Numbered from the stretch's first letter, positions 6,527 through 17,506 are shown. The stretch is 64,000 bases of DNA from Gemmatimonadales bacterium (GCA_035577025.1 DATLVU010000027.1:6021-70020); one strand, 5' to 3'. Numbers and translations: made by a program. Notes: generated by a model from the sequence alone, not told the origin.

Positions 6527-9154
6527 TCACTTCGCCTTGGCCAACGCCTTGGTCCGCTCCCCGACGTCCCGGAACCGGATGTCGACGGCGAACACACGGC
6601 CATACAGCTCGCGGGCGTCGACCCGCTTGCCTTGCTCCTCTAAGGCCCGGCCGAGCCAATACAGAATACCGAGGCGCTCCTGATCACCCGAGGCCGGCAG
6701 CTCGAGCGCGCGTCGCAGGATCGACTCCGCGACGACATAGGCGCCCTTTTCGATGAAGCACACGCCGAGCGCTTCCGAGCTGCGCAGCTTCCCCTCAGGC
6801 GCCCGCAGCGCCTTTTGCAGCTCCGCGATGGCCTCGTCCAACAAGCCCATTTCCTTGAAGGCCACGCCCAGATCGTAGTGTGATTGGAAGTCGGCCTCGT
6901 CGATGTTCTCGTCGATCCCCTGCTTGAAGCGCGCCAGCATCTCCTGGAAGTCCTTCTCCTCGTCGCCGGTCGGCTCCTCGTCCGCGACCTTCATGCGGGT
7001 ATCGCGCTCAGGCATGTCGTCGGAGAGAATCATGGCGCTCAGGTCCACGAACTCACCGTCATCCGATGCGTCGTCCCGTACCTTCAGTTTCGCGTCCCGC
7101 GGCGCCGTCCGCGCCTCCGTGTCTCGCGCCTTGGTCTTGGGCCGCCCCGCGGGCGCGGGCGGCGGGGGCGCCACGACCGGCGCGAGCATCGCCAGCGCCG
7201 CCTGCGCACGCGTGTTGCCGGCGTCGTGCTCCGCCACGCGTTGGTAGACGGACCGCGCCTTGTCCGGCAGATCGCTTCGCAGCAGGGTGTCGGCCAGCTC
7301 CAGATACGCGTCGATGAGCTTCGCCTTGTCACCCAGTTTGAAGGCGAACTCCACCTGTTTCTGGCGGTGGCGCACGCTGTTCGGGTCGAGACGCAGAATC
7401 TCGTCCACCAGGTCGCACGCGTGGGCCAGGTTGCCTCGGTTCTCGAACCCCGCCGTGGCCAAATCCAGCTCCTGCACCCCGCGTTCGCGGTCTCCGGATT
7501 CGACCAACGCCTCCCCCAGCGCCTGATGACTCTCGGGATCGTCTGGGTCGTCGGCGACGCGCGCCTCGAGATCCTCGATCGCGGGCTTCGGGGGCGCCAC
7601 GTCCATGCTGTCGAACACGATCGATCCCGCTTCGTCGCCTTGATTCACGACTCCGTCCAGGCCTAGGTCGATCGCCGCCGACCGCCGGCCGGACGTGGTG
7701 ATCGACGTGTCCTCCTCGGTCTGAATGAAGTCCGACCGCGGGCCCGACACGGCTACGTCGTCCAGCGCGAGCGGCTCATCGTCGATGTCGTGGCCGGCGG
7801 GAGCGGCGGGGGGGGCGGGGGGGGCGGGGGCTTCATCCTCCGCGGTGTCGAAGTCCGGTTCGAGCTCGAGCGGTGGCACCTCCACCACGGTCTTGCGCCG
7901 TGGAGGCTCGGCGGCAGGCGGGGGAGATGGCGCGGCACCCGGACGCTTTGGGACCACCGGCTTGAGTTTTGTGGGTTCCGGGGGGCGCGGCGCAGGCGTG
8001 GGCGCCCGCGGAGTCACCACCTTCGGCGGTGTCGCAGGTGGTGCCGCGCCGGGCCGTCTTGGGACGACCGGGGCGACCCGGCCTCCAGCCGACGGCGCCA
8101 CGGCCTTCGGCGGCTCGATTTCGATGTCATCGGCGAGCAGCGGCTCCGGCTCTGCTTCCTCTGTTGCGGTCGGCTCGAATTCCGCCGGCGGCGGGATCTC
8201 GTCTGGACTGATCTCCTCCTGCAGGGGCGCGACGTCGCCTGCGGCGAGGCGGACATCGCCGAATTCGGCACTGGTCGTCTCGAACCCCTCGAGCATGCCG
8301 GCCGCGCCCGCCGGTTCGAGCCCCTCCCCCAGACTGGTGGACTCGATCTCGAGGGACGTGTCCGGCTCGGCCGTCACCGGCTCCACCAGGCTCTCCGAAA
8401 TCGGCGCTGGTTCGAGAGGCGGGGGCGAGGGAAGGGGCGCGGCTTTCGGTGGTGGTGGCACCGGCTTCGAGACGGGCGCGCCGCGCCCAGTCCCCACCCC
8501 GGGACGGTCCTTGACGGTCGGGGGAGAATCGACGTCCAGGAACACCAGACTCGACGTCTTGCGCTTGCCGGACTTCGAGAGATCCGGCGCGCCGGACGCC
8601 GGCGGCTTGGCGCTGGGAGCGGGCGCGGGAGCACCGGCGACCGAGCGCCGCTCCGGCGCACCGTACATGCGCAGGTGTTCTTCCAAGGTCTCTCGAAGGT
8701 GTGCGCCCTCGGGAGAGAGGTCCGCAAGCTCTTTCAGCGCGGCGAAGGCTTGCTGGATTTTTCCGGCCTTGTGCATCCGATCGGCGTACTCGGCGAAATT
8801 CTGCTTCGCCTCCCCCATGAACCCCTTGGAGGCATACAGCTTCGCGAGTTTCAGATACGTCGTCTGTCGCCCCGGCGCGTTGCGGAGCACCTTGTTGCAC
8901 ATCGCGATCGCATTGTTGTGGAACCCGAGCTCCGCGTATTTGTCCACGGCACGGTCGTAATAATCGGCCGCGAGGGCGGGATCCTTGACCTTCAGGTAGA
9001 GGTCGCCAATGCGATTGAAGACGGAGAGGTCGGGGTTGGGATCCCCATCTTGTTCCTGCCCCTTGAGGACCTCCAGCCACGCTTCGATCGCCCCCTTGGG
9101 GTCCTTCCCCTCGAGGCTACGGGCCCGTTCTTTGAGCTTCTCAAGCTTCGACAT
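6527..9154 (-). CDS. Large TPR protein (TPR, ~350-aa Pro-rich linker, TPR), function unknown
   Basis: ORF 875 aa with TPR-like helices at both ends and an acidic/proline-rich centre containing a duplicated PVVP(R/K)RPGAAP motif. Confidence 0.7.
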   Translation of the reverse strand: MSKLEKLKERARSLEGKDPKGAIEAWLEVLKGQEQDGDPNPDLSVFNRIGDLYLKVKDPALAADYYDRAVDKYAELGFHNNAIAMCNKVLRNAPGRQTTYLKLAKLYASKGFMGEAKQNFAEYADRMHKAGKIQQAFAALKELADLSPEGAHLRETLEEHLRMYGAPERRSVAGAPAPAPSAKPPASGAPDLSKSGKRKTSSLVFLDVDSPPTVKDRPGVGTGRGAPVSKPVPPPPKAAPLPSPPPLEPAPISESLVEPVTAEPDTSLEIESTSLGEGLEPAGAAGMLEGFETTSAEFGDVRLAAGDVAPLQEEISPDEIPPPAEFEPTATEEAEPEPLLADDIEIEPPKAVAPSAGGRVAPVVPRRPGAAPPATPPKVVTPRAPTPAPRPPEPTKLKPVVPKRPGAAPSPPPAAEPPRRKTVVEVPPLELEPDFDTAEDEAPAPPAPPAAPAGHDIDDEPLALDDVAVSGPRSDFIQTEEDTSITTSGRRSAAIDLGLDGVVNQGDEAGSIVFDSMDVAPPKPAIEDLEARVADDPDDPESHQALGEALVESGDRERGVQELDLATAGFENRGNLAHACDLVDEILRLDPNSVRHRQKQVEFAFKLGDKAKLIDAYLELADTLLRSDLPDKARSVYQRVAEHDAGNTRAQAALAMLAPVVAPPPPAPAGRPKTKARDTEARTAPRDAKLKVRDDASDDGEFVDLSAMILSDDMPERDTRMKVADEEPTGDEEKDFQEMLARFKQGIDENIDEADFQSHYDLGVAFKEMGLLDEAIAELQKALRAPEGKLRSSEALGVCFIEKGAYVVAESILRRALELPASGDQERLGILYWLGRALEEQGKRVDARELYGRVFAVDIRFRDVGERTKALAKAK

Positions 9155-10418
9155 GGGGCCCTAAAGATACCGGCGCCGTGGGGAGCGGACAAGCGGAACC
9201 TCCTGTCCAGACGGCGGTTACGAGGTTCTCGCCCATCCAGTACGCCACTTCGCGCCAATCCGACACGCCATACGTCACCAGATCCGCGCGGAATCCCGGA
9301 GCGATTTGTCCCCGGTCCTGCGCGAGCCCCAGGGCCGCCGCGGCGTTGACCGTGACTGCGGTCACGACTTCCCCGTGGCGCAACCCCAGCTGCGAGACAC
9401 CGAAGGCCATCGCGAGCGGCAGACTGACGGTCGGAGACGAGCCCGGGTTGAAATCCGTGGCGAGTGCCACCGCCGCGCCGGCTTCTACCAGCCGTCGGGC
9501 GGGTGCGTGCTGGCGCTTGCCGAGGAATACCATCGTCGCGGGAAGGAGGACGGCCAGCGTCTCGCTGCCGGCGAGGGCGCGGATGCCGGCGTCGGAGACC
9601 CCGGCCAGGTGGTCCGCGGAAAGCGCCTTGAGACTCACCGCGAGCTCGGCGCCGCCGCAGCCATCCAGCTCATCCGCGTGGAGCTTCAACGCGAGACCGT
9701 GTCGCCGCGCAGCCGTGAGGATCGTACGAGCCTCGGTCACGTCGAATACACCAGGCTCACAAAATACGTCGCACGCGACGGCGAGCTTTTCGCGCGCGAC
9801 GGTCGGGATCATGTCGTCGCACAACAGTTGCACGTAGTCGGCGCGCCGGTCGCGGAATTCCGGCGGCACCTCATGAGCGCCGAGGAACGTGGGCACCAGC
9901 GCGGGGCGCTCCGTCGACGAGAGGTCGCGGACCACACGGAGTTGCTTCAGCTCGGTCGCGGGGTCGAGCCCGTATCCCGACTTCACCTCGATGGTCGTGG
10001 TGCCGTGCGCGAGGAGGGCGCGTACTCGCGCACGTGTGAGCTCCACGAGCTCGCGCTCGCTTCGCGCCCGGACGTCTCGCACCGATTGAAGGATGCCGCC
10101 GCCCCGAGCGGCGATCGTCTTGTAATCCTCGCCCAGGGCACGACGCTCGTGGTCCTCGAGCCGCGGTCCGCCGAACACCGCGTGCGTATGACAGTCGACG
10201 AAGCCGGGGAACAGCACCCCCCGGACTTCCTCGACCACGGCGCCCGCGTGGTCGTCTCGGAGGTCCGCGTACGACCCGACCGCCCGAATTCGCCCGCCCT
10301 CCACCAGGACGGCGGCGTCGTGCAACACCTCGACGGCCCCGAGCTCGTGGCCACGGCGCGCCCGCGCGGGGCCGCGACACGTGACGATCTGCCGTGCCCC
10401 GACGAGAAGGGTGCTCAG
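9141..10418 (-). CDS. hutI: Imidazolonepropionase
   Basis: Motifs [19 protein letters not shown] and [10 protein letters not shown] are present. The conserved N terminus ([11 protein letters not shown]) begins right after the hutU stop. The only in-frame start-like codon there is CTG 10416-10418. The far-upstream TTG 10688 and GTG 10643 would overlap hutU by more than 220 nt. Confidence 0.8.
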   Translation of the reverse strand: MSTLLVGARQIVTCRGPARARRGHELGAVEVLHDAAVLVEGGRIRAVGSYADLRDDHAGAVVEEVRGVLFPGFVDCHTHAVFGGPRLEDHERRALGEDYKTIAARGGGILQSVRDVRARSERELVELTRARVRALLAHGTTTIEVKSGYGLDPATELKQLRVVRDLSSTERPALVPTFLGAHEVPPEFRDRRADYVQLLCDDMIPTVAREKLAVACDVFCEPGVFDVTEARTILTAARRHGLALKLHADELDGCGGAELAVSLKALSADHLAGVSDAGIRALAGSETLAVLLPATMVFLGKRQHAPARRLVEAGAAVALATDFNPGSSPTVSLPLAMAFGVSQLGLRHGEVVTAVTVNAAAALGLAQDRGQIAPGFRADLVTYGVSDWREVAYWMGENLVTAVWTGGSACPLPTAPVSLGPHVEA

Positions 10419-12079
10419 TCGCCGGTCTCCCGCATGGGGAGACGAATCCCATGCCGGCGTGCGGTGGCGAGCGCCTCGGGATAGCCCGCATCGGCATGGC
10501 GTGCCACGCCGATACCGGGATCGTTCGTCAGCACGCGCTCGAGACGTCGCCCGGCCGAGGCCGACCCGTCGGCCACGCTCACTTGACCCGCGTGCAAGGA
10601 GTTGCCGATCCCCACGCCACCCCCGTGGTGGAAGGAGACCCACGCCGCGCCCGAGGCCGTGTTGAGCAACGCGTTCAGAATCGCCCAATCGGCGATGGCG
10701 TCGGAGCCGTCCTTCATCGATTCCGTCTCCCGAAATGGCGAGGCGACCGAGCCCGTGTCCAGATGATCCCGTCCGATCACTACCGGTGCGCTCACGTCAC
10801 CCCGCTTCACCAGATCGTTCAACGCGCACCCGAAACGTGCCCGCTCCCCCTGCCCCAGCCAGCAGATCCTCGCGGGTAAGCCCTGGAATGCCACGCGCTC
10901 CTGCGCGAGCTCGATCCAGCGACGCAGGTGCTCGTCGTCGGGAAAGAGCTCCGAGACCAACCGATCGGTCCGATGCAGGTCCTTCGGCTCTCCGGAAAGC
11001 GTCACCCAGCGGAACGGGCCCTTCCCTTCGCAGAACAGCGGTCGGATGTACTCGGGCACAAAGCCCGGAATCTCGAACGCGTCCGCGAGGCCCCCATCCC
11101 GAGCCTGGGTCCGGATATTGTTGCCGTAATCGAACGTCACCGCACCCTTCCGCTTGAGCGCCAGCATCGCCTCGACATGGGCGACCATGCTCGCCACTGC
11201 GCGTCGCACGTATTCATCGGGTGCCGTGCGCCGCAGGGCGGCAGCCTGCTCGAGGTCGAGACCCGTGGGAACGTACCCGTTCAGCGGATCGTGCGCCGAG
11301 GTCTGATCGGTGAGCACGTCGGGGACGAATCCGCGTCGCGCGAGCGAGGGGAGGACGTCGGCGCAGTTGCCCGTCAGGCCGACGGATAGCGGCGTACCGG
11401 CGCGCTTCGCTTCCTCGCACCAGGCGAGCGCTTCGTCGAGCGATCCCGTGGCTCGATCGAGATAGCGGGTCTCGAGCCGGCGTTTCACTCGGGCCGGGTC
11501 CACCTCGACGGCGAGGCACACCGCATCGTTCATCGTCGCGGCGAGCGGCTGTGCGCCGCCCATACCGCCGAGCCCGCCTGTGATCACGATCCGCCCGCGC
11601 AGCGACCCCCCGAAATGGCGTCGCGCCACGGCGCCGAACGTCTCGTACGTGCCCTGCAGAATGCCCTGGCTCCCGATGTAAATCCACGACCCCGCCGTCA
11701 TCTGGCCGTACATGATCAAGCCCTGACGCTCGAGATCGCGAAACACCTCCCACGTCGCCCAGCGTGGCACCAGGTTCGCGTTCGCGATCAGCACGCGCGG
11801 GGCCTCCGGGTGCGTCGCGAACACGCCCACCGGCTTCCCGGACTGCACGAGCAGCGTCTCGTCATCGCCGAGTGCGCGGAGCGTCCGACAGATCGCGTCG
11901 AACGACGCCCAGTTTCGGGCCGCCTTCCCCGTGCCGCCGTACACGACCAGGTCCTGCGGACGCTCGGCGACCTCGGGATCGAGATTGTTCATGAGCATCC
12001 GCAGCGCCGCTTCCTGAACCCAACCCTTACAGGATTTCGTCGTCCCGCGCGGGGCACGCACAACCCGCACGTCGCTCAT
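10415..12079 (-). CDS. hutU: Urocanate hydratase
   Basis: 554 aa, full length, with [16 protein letters not shown] and other urocanase blocks. Confidence 0.95.
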   Translation of the reverse strand: MSDVRVVRAPRGTTKSCKGWVQEAALRMLMNNLDPEVAERPQDLVVYGGTGKAARNWASFDAICRTLRALGDDETLLVQSGKPVGVFATHPEAPRVLIANANLVPRWATWEVFRDLERQGLIMYGQMTAGSWIYIGSQGILQGTYETFGAVARRHFGGSLRGRIVITGGLGGMGGAQPLAATMNDAVCLAVEVDPARVKRRLETRYLDRATGSLDEALAWCEEAKRAGTPLSVGLTGNCADVLPSLARRGFVPDVLTDQTSAHDPLNGYVPTGLDLEQAAALRRTAPDEYVRRAVASMVAHVEAMLALKRKGAVTFDYGNNIRTQARDGGLADAFEIPGFVPEYIRPLFCEGKGPFRWVTLSGEPKDLHRTDRLVSELFPDDEHLRRWIELAQERVAFQGLPARICWLGQGERARFGCALNDLVKRGDVSAPVVIGRDHLDTGSVASPFRETESMKDGSDAIADWAILNALLNTASGAAWVSFHHGGGVGIGNSLHAGQVSVADGSASAGRRLERVLTNDPGIGVARHADAGYPEALATARRHGIRLPMRETGD

Positions 12080-13560
12080 GGCATTCCCGGGTCGAAGGCG
12101 CCCTCACGCACGCCCGCCGCCACTCGCTCGATATCCCCAGTGAAGGGCCGGTCGCCGTCGAGGGCAGGCACCACTGCGCGGATCGACGCGAAGGTCTTCG
12201 CCACGCCGCGCCCCGGTGTCAGCGGCTTGAGAAACTCGAGCCCTTGCGCCCCGGCCAGGAGCTCCACCGCCACGATCCGCGCCGCATTGGCGAGCGCCCG
12301 CTCGGCCTTCCACGCCGCCGTCATCCCCATCGGCACGATGTCCTCCTGGTTGCCCTCGGTCGGCACCGATTGGACGCTCGCGGGTGTGGCGAGGATCCGG
12401 CATTCCGCCGCGAGCGCGGCGGCCACGATCTGGGGAGTCATGAATCCGGACTCGACCCCGGGATGGAGGGCTAAAAACGGCGGCAGGCCCGAAGACAGGT
12501 CCGGGTTGACGATCCGCTCGAGCCGTCGCTCCGCAAGGCCGGCCAGCGTCGCGAGCGCGATCGCCATCACGTCGAGCGCCAGCGCGATCGGCTGTCCGTG
12601 GAAGTTCCCTCCCGAAATCACCTCGCTGTCGAACACCAGCGGATTATCGGTGGCGGCGTTCAGCTCGGTGGCCACCAACCGCTCGGCGAACCCGAACGCC
12701 TCGCCCACGGCGCCGAGCACCTGAGGCGTGCAGCGGAGCGAATAGGCATCCTGCACCCGCGGATCGCCCTCGCGGTGCGACTCGCGGATCGCGGAGTCCT
12801 CGAGCAGCCTGCGCAGCAATGCCGCGGAGCGCTGTTGGAAGGGATAGGGACGGGCGTCGTGGATGCGGGGGTCGAATGGCGCTGGCGTGCCCCGCACCGC
12901 CTCCAGGCTCATCGCGGCTGCCGCGTGCGCCGTGCGCCAGAGGATCCACGCGTCATGCACGAGGAGGGCCGCGATGCCCGTCTGCGCCTGCGTCCCGTTC
13001 ACGAACGCCAGGCCCTCTTTGGCCTCGAGCGTTATGGGCTGCAACCCCTTCGCCCGAAGTGTGGCGCCTTCTTCCTCCTCGCCGATCATGGCGAGCGCCA
13101 GGTGCGCGAGGGGCGCCAGATCCCCCGACGCGCCGACGCTGCCCTGCGACGGCACACGGGGATGCGCCTGCGCGTTCAACATCGCCACGATCAGGGCGGC
13201 AAGATCGGGACGTACCCCACTCGTCCCCCGGACCAGGACGTTCGCCCGCAGGAGCATCATGGCCCGTACTGCGTCGCGAGGCAGCGGGTCGCCGACGCCG
13301 GACGCGTGGCTGCGAATCAGGTTGCGTTGCAGCTCCCGCGCCTGCTCGGGCTTGATGCGGACGTGTGCCAGCTTCCCGAAGCCCGTGTTGACGCCGTAGA
13401 TCGTGTCGCCACGGGCCACGGCCGCTTCGACGGCCCGGCGGGACGCCTGCACGGCCGCGAGCGATTGGGGAGCAATGGTGACGGAGGCATCATGACGAGC
13501 GACGGCGACGACGTCCGGGATGGACAGCGAATGGCCGTCGAGCGTGATCGTGGGCGGCAT
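12076..13560 (-). CDS. hutH: Histidine ammonia-lyase
   Basis: 494 aa with the MIO-forming Ala-Ser-Gly in [15 protein letters not shown]. Confidence 0.95.
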   Translation of the reverse strand: MPPTITLDGHSLSIPDVVAVARHDASVTIAPQSLAAVQASRRAVEAAVARGDTIYGVNTGFGKLAHVRIKPEQARELQRNLIRSHASGVGDPLPRDAVRAMMLLRANVLVRGTSGVRPDLAALIVAMLNAQAHPRVPSQGSVGASGDLAPLAHLALAMIGEEEEGATLRAKGLQPITLEAKEGLAFVNGTQAQTGIAALLVHDAWILWRTAHAAAAMSLEAVRGTPAPFDPRIHDARPYPFQQRSAALLRRLLEDSAIRESHREGDPRVQDAYSLRCTPQVLGAVGEAFGFAERLVATELNAATDNPLVFDSEVISGGNFHGQPIALALDVMAIALATLAGLAERRLERIVNPDLSSGLPPFLALHPGVESGFMTPQIVAAALAAECRILATPASVQSVPTEGNQEDIVPMGMTAAWKAERALANAARIVAVELLAGAQGLEFLKPLTPGRGVAKTFASIRAVVPALDGDRPFTGDIERVAAGVREGAFDPGMP

Positions 13561-13569
13561 GACGGCATA

Positions 13570-13688
13570 AGATAGACGCCTGAACGCATGGACGCCTAGC
13601 GGTACGAGAGGGGCGAGCGATCAGGAATGTCTCCCTGACCCCTCGCCCCTCACCGCCGCTAGGCGTCTCGGCGTCTAGGCGTCTATCT
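13570..13688. repeat. 119-bp imperfect palindrome with tandem GGCGTCTN octamers
   Basis: Three arm pairs form the palindrome: AGATAGACGCC (13570-13580) with GGCGTCTATCT (13678-13688), GACGCCTAGCGG with CCGCTAGGCGTC, and GAGGGGCGAG (13608-13617) with CTCGCCCCTC (13642-13651). An inner TCAGG/CCTGA pair is also present. The right arm carries three tandem 8-mers (13662-13685). Confidence 0.65.
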
Positions 13689-14564
13689 GGATGCTACTTG
13701 ATGCCCCGTTGGAGCCGGCCCTCGGGGCGGCACGAGCTCGGGGTTCCCCGGGTCCGTCTGCACGCTCCAGTCGAAAATCACGTACTGCCGGGTGACCGCC
13801 GTGACCCGGAGCGCCGCATAGTGCAGCTGGCCGTTGTCCACCATTTGGAAGACGTACCCGTACCCAGGCACCGCCTGGATCATGTTTCGCGTGTAGCCCG
13901 TCGCCGGTGCGAAATCGATGGATGTGAGATCGGCCACCGGCGAATTCTGGTAGAGCTGGATCGAGTCACCGGTGAATTCGGGCACGAGCCACAGACTGGA
14001 ATCGCTCGGCTGCACGTACACCCAGAAGTCGATGTCGGTACGGTTCCCATCCTGGATCAGTCCCAGCTCGCCCGGGTCACCGTAGCCGTTCCCGTTGACG
14101 TCGTCCCAGAACCGGAACCCGGACTGGGGCGTGTTCACACCGAACGCCCAGACGAGCACGTTCCGAGCGTCCGGCCGCGGCGTATCCTGCCGCAGGGGGG
14201 ACCAATCACTCTCTACGCCATCGACACTGATAGCGGACGTGGCGAAGCAGCGGGGAATGCCGTTCGTGAGCTGCGCCGCGAGAAACACATGCGAAACCGT
14301 CGTGCCCTCTACGGCCCAGTTGGTCCCGCACAGCCCCTGATCGAGGTTGTAGCTCGTGCTGTACACGCGATAAACGGCGAACAGGTTGGGGTCGTGCTGG
14401 AATGCATTGTCGGCCCAGTCGAGATAGATAGCGCTGTCGAGCGAGACCGACGTCAGAGTGGCCGGCGCTTCGAGCGGCTGCGTCGGATTGCTGATCGTGT
14501 TTTGCTGGCACGCCGCAACCACGACGCTGCCGGCGACCAGGAGTGTGCGAGCCAGGAACCGCAT
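13683..14564 (-). CDS. Hypothetical lipoprotein (possible Fn3-like fold)
   Basis: Start is ATG 14562-14564, preceded by GAGGA. The lipobox-like signal is MRFLARTLLVAGSVVVAAC. I recognise no family. Confidence 0.6.
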   Translation of the reverse strand: MRFLARTLLVAGSVVVAACQQNTISNPTQPLEAPATLTSVSLDSAIYLDWADNAFQHDPNLFAVYRVYSTSYNLDQGLCGTNWAVEGTTVSHVFLAAQLTNGIPRCFATSAISVDGVESDWSPLRQDTPRPDARNVLVWAFGVNTPQSGFRFWDDVNGNGYGDPGELGLIQDGNRTDIDFWVYVQPSDSSLWLVPEFTGDSIQLYQNSPVADLTSIDFAPATGYTRNMIQAVPGYGYVFQMVDNGQLHYAALRVTAVTRQYVIFDWSVQTDPGNPELVPPRGPAPTGHQVASR

Positions 14565-14692
14565 GGGATCCTCGAGGCTTCGGGGGTCGCCCCGGGGCAA
14601 AGCACGCGGCGTGCCGGGGCGCAACGTGCTCATAGTCGGCCACTTGCGATTGCCGAGCGGTGTCGGGTGTCACCTGCAAAGGACGGAAGCCG

Positions 14693-17506
14693 CTACTGCG
14701 CGAAGGACTGTTGCTGGTAATTGAACTTGATGTCCGGCTGGTCCAACAAAGAAACATAGAAGCTGAAAGCGAAATTTCCGTTCGGGCTCTTTGAGAACGA
14801 GAAGCTCGCGTGCCAGCGATGCAGGTCTCGCTGCAAGCTGATCACATGCGCCGCGAACTGGCGCGCCACGAAATCGTATTGCGACGTCCAGTTCGCCGAC
14901 CACTTAGTGGTGGGCTGGAACGAGAGGTTCAGGCCCGCCTGGCGCTGCGTCGCCGCGCTGATCCCCGCGAGCACGGTACTGCCCGGCAGCGGAGCAACGG
15001 GCCGGCTCCGCGACTCAGTGTACTGGACCGACAGGTTGAAGCCCTGGCCGCCCGTCGGCGCTCCCGGCGGGAGGAACGACTTCGTGCCGTACGGATCCGG
15101 CGGCATGCCCGGCGCCGGGCCGGTGGGCTGCGTGGGCGTCGGGGTCTGGGTAGTGCCCGGCTTCCCGAGGCCGAACAGGCTTCCGATCCCGTGGATCGTC
15201 GCGGGCGTGATGGAGAAATTGGCCGTGACGCTCGTGAGGAACGGATCGAACTTCGCCGTATCGAGGCCGACCTGCCCCTTCCACAGGTCGTGGGTGATCG
15301 TGAGGCTGAACCCCGGGAGGAGGTCCGAGCCGAAGCTGTTGCTGAGCGTCTGCGTCTGCCAGCCGGTGTGACCGGGCTGTTTCGCCTGCTCGAAATTGTA
15401 CTGAATCGAGCTGGTGTTGATCGACAACAGCCGAAGCTTCCGGGCCGCCGCCTGGGCGGTGGTGTCGCCCGCGGGCGGCTTCAACTTGGCTTCGAAGTTC
15501 TGCGAGAGCCCGAGGCTGATCGTCTGCTGCGGGTCGCTGCCCGAATTGAGGAGCTGGTGGGTCGGGTCGATGGCGTTCCGGTACGCCTCGGACACCGTCG
15601 CGCCCGGCGCGAAGGCGTAGCTGATGATCGGAGAAATCGAGTGCCGTATCCGCGCGATCGGCCCGAACCCGGGAAAGAAGCCGAAAAACGTCGGCGTGGT
15701 GCCCACGCTGAACTGCAGCCGCTTCCCCTGCTGAACGAAATTCCCGTTGGTGTACTGGTTCCGAATCATGTAGGGACCCGCCGACGTCTGATTCACGATC
15801 GCGATACCGGGTTGCAGCTTCCAGGTGCTGGGAAAGAACGACGGCAGGTTGATCCCGGTGTTCCAGTCGACTGTCGTGCTGAACGTCTGGTTGAACAGCA
15901 CGCGCCGGAACCCGCCCGGAGCGGTCGAGTCGGGAATGTCGACCTCCTGCCGGGCGTTGCTGATGACGTCGTTCACGGAGAAGCTGTTGCTCCAGTTCCA
16001 GGACCCGATGCGCAGTGGGGTCTGAAAGCTGAGCTGGGTCGTCCGGTTGTCGGCAAACAGCGCCAGCGTGTCGAGCGCGCCGCCCGTCCCCGGCACCACG
16101 AACGGTGTCGGGCCCTGGTGGAAGCTCTGGTTGTTCGTGAATGAGAACCCCGGGGACCAGGTGATCGCCGAGCCGATGTTCACGGGTGATGGCGTGAGGC
16201 TCACGGAGGGGAACGTTTGCGAGATGAGGCCGCTCCCGATCTCCTGGCTCCGATTGCCACCGATGTTCAGCGTGCCCCAGTCGAACTGCTTGATGAACGT
16301 CAACGCCGAGTGCAGGCTCGCGGCGGCGAGGTACGGGTTGACGGTGTTCGTCTGAATGACGCTGGTGTTGCTCGAGTAATCGATATTCGCGTTGAAGCGG
16401 GTCCGCGAGGAGAAGCTCTGCTGGTGCTGCCAGCCGAGGCGGATCGAGTTGGAGGATGCGTCGAGCTCCGAGTAGCGCTCGAACGAGAGGCCCCCATCGA
16501 TGAAGCGGTCGAGCCACTTGTAGCGCGTTTGGGCCCGGTACGCGAAGTAGCGGCCGGCGTACCAGTCACCGGACAGCAGGAAGTCGACGTAGTCGTTGAC
16601 GACGAAATAGTAGCCGAAGTTCGAGAGGTGCCGCTGGTAGCTCCGAACCGGTCGTACGATGTCGTTCAGGCCGAACCGCGGCACGAGGATCCCGCTCCGC
16701 CGTCCCTTGCGGACGTCCTGGAAGATGAACGGCAGCCACATAATCGGCACATCACGGACATAGAGGACGGCCGGACGGGCCACCATCACGTTCTTGTTGA
16801 GCCACTTCATCTCACCGGTCCCGAAGTGGTAATCCGGAACTGGATTGTCGTCCGACGTGACCTCGCTGTGCGCGCCGTACAGGCGGGTGGAACCCGAGTC
16901 GACAGCGAGATCGCCCCGGATGAGCCAATTGGCGGAGCCCTGCTGGAACGAGGTGAGCGCTTTGGTGACGGTCCCGCGCTTCACACACGTGTCGTACTTC
17001 ATTCCCTCCCCCACCATCACCGTGGCCTTATCGAACAGCTGCGGATCCCCCATGGCGTCGAGCCGGCAGCTGCGTTGGCGATAGCGGATCGTGTCGGCTT
17101 GCAGCCTCGTGCCTTCACGGTCCACGAACCCTTCGCCGCGCAAGTGAATCGTTTGCGTGTCGCCTCCCTGCACGACGAGCGTGTCCGCCACATACTGCGT
17201 GAGGCGGAATCCCGGGAGCTTCATTAGGGAGTCCATCACGGCATCGGTCGGCGGGAAGCTTCGTGTGGGCCCGGTCGGCAGACCCAGCTTGCGGGCCTTC
17301 GCGGTATCGAGGGCTTGGCCCTGGACGGAGTCCGCCGGGGGGCGGGCTTTGGTCGTGTCGGTTCGGAATGGGGGTCGTGAGAACGGGGGCGTTTGCGCGC
17401 CGAGCGACCCCGCGATCACGAGCAGTACGACAGTAAGTCCCGTGGCGCCCGCCGCGCTGGCGCCCCCCTCCCCCTCTTTCTCGCGCCGGGCGCGCCGTCT
17501 GGTCAC
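14693..17506 (-). other. LptD-like (OstA/LptD family, Bacteroidota-type) beta-barrel portion, preceded by a signal-peptide-like segment
   Basis: Blocks DVPIMWLPFIFQDVRKGRRSGILVPRFG, GYYFVVNDYVDFLLSGDWYAGRYFAYRAQTRYKW and RLGWQHQQSFSSRTRFNANIDYSSNTS resemble the 'putative LPS assembly protein LptD' family as I remember it. An in-frame GTG lies at 17504-17506. Confidence 0.6.

Noticed and set aside
6527-9154. The large TPR protein considered as a FimV/pilus-associated scaffold.
   Set aside because: This rests only on a vague resemblance of TPR helices. No pilus genes are nearby and I can identify no diagnostic motif, so I left it as function unknown.
9141-13560. The hut cluster lacks hutG/hutF and a HutC-type regulator, which raised the question of an incomplete or novel pathway.
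   Set aside because: hut genes are commonly split between loci. Absence from one window says nothing about the genome.
17440-17506. The RRRARR run at the TatC/LptD junction considered as a twin-arginine signal, which would make the barrel a substrate of its own fused translocase.
   Set aside because: It lacks the S/T-R-R-x-F-L-K hydrophobic context. The basic run is equally explained as the positive-inside C-terminal end of TatC. Outer-membrane barrels are normally exported unfolded by Sec. I kept it only as a remark.
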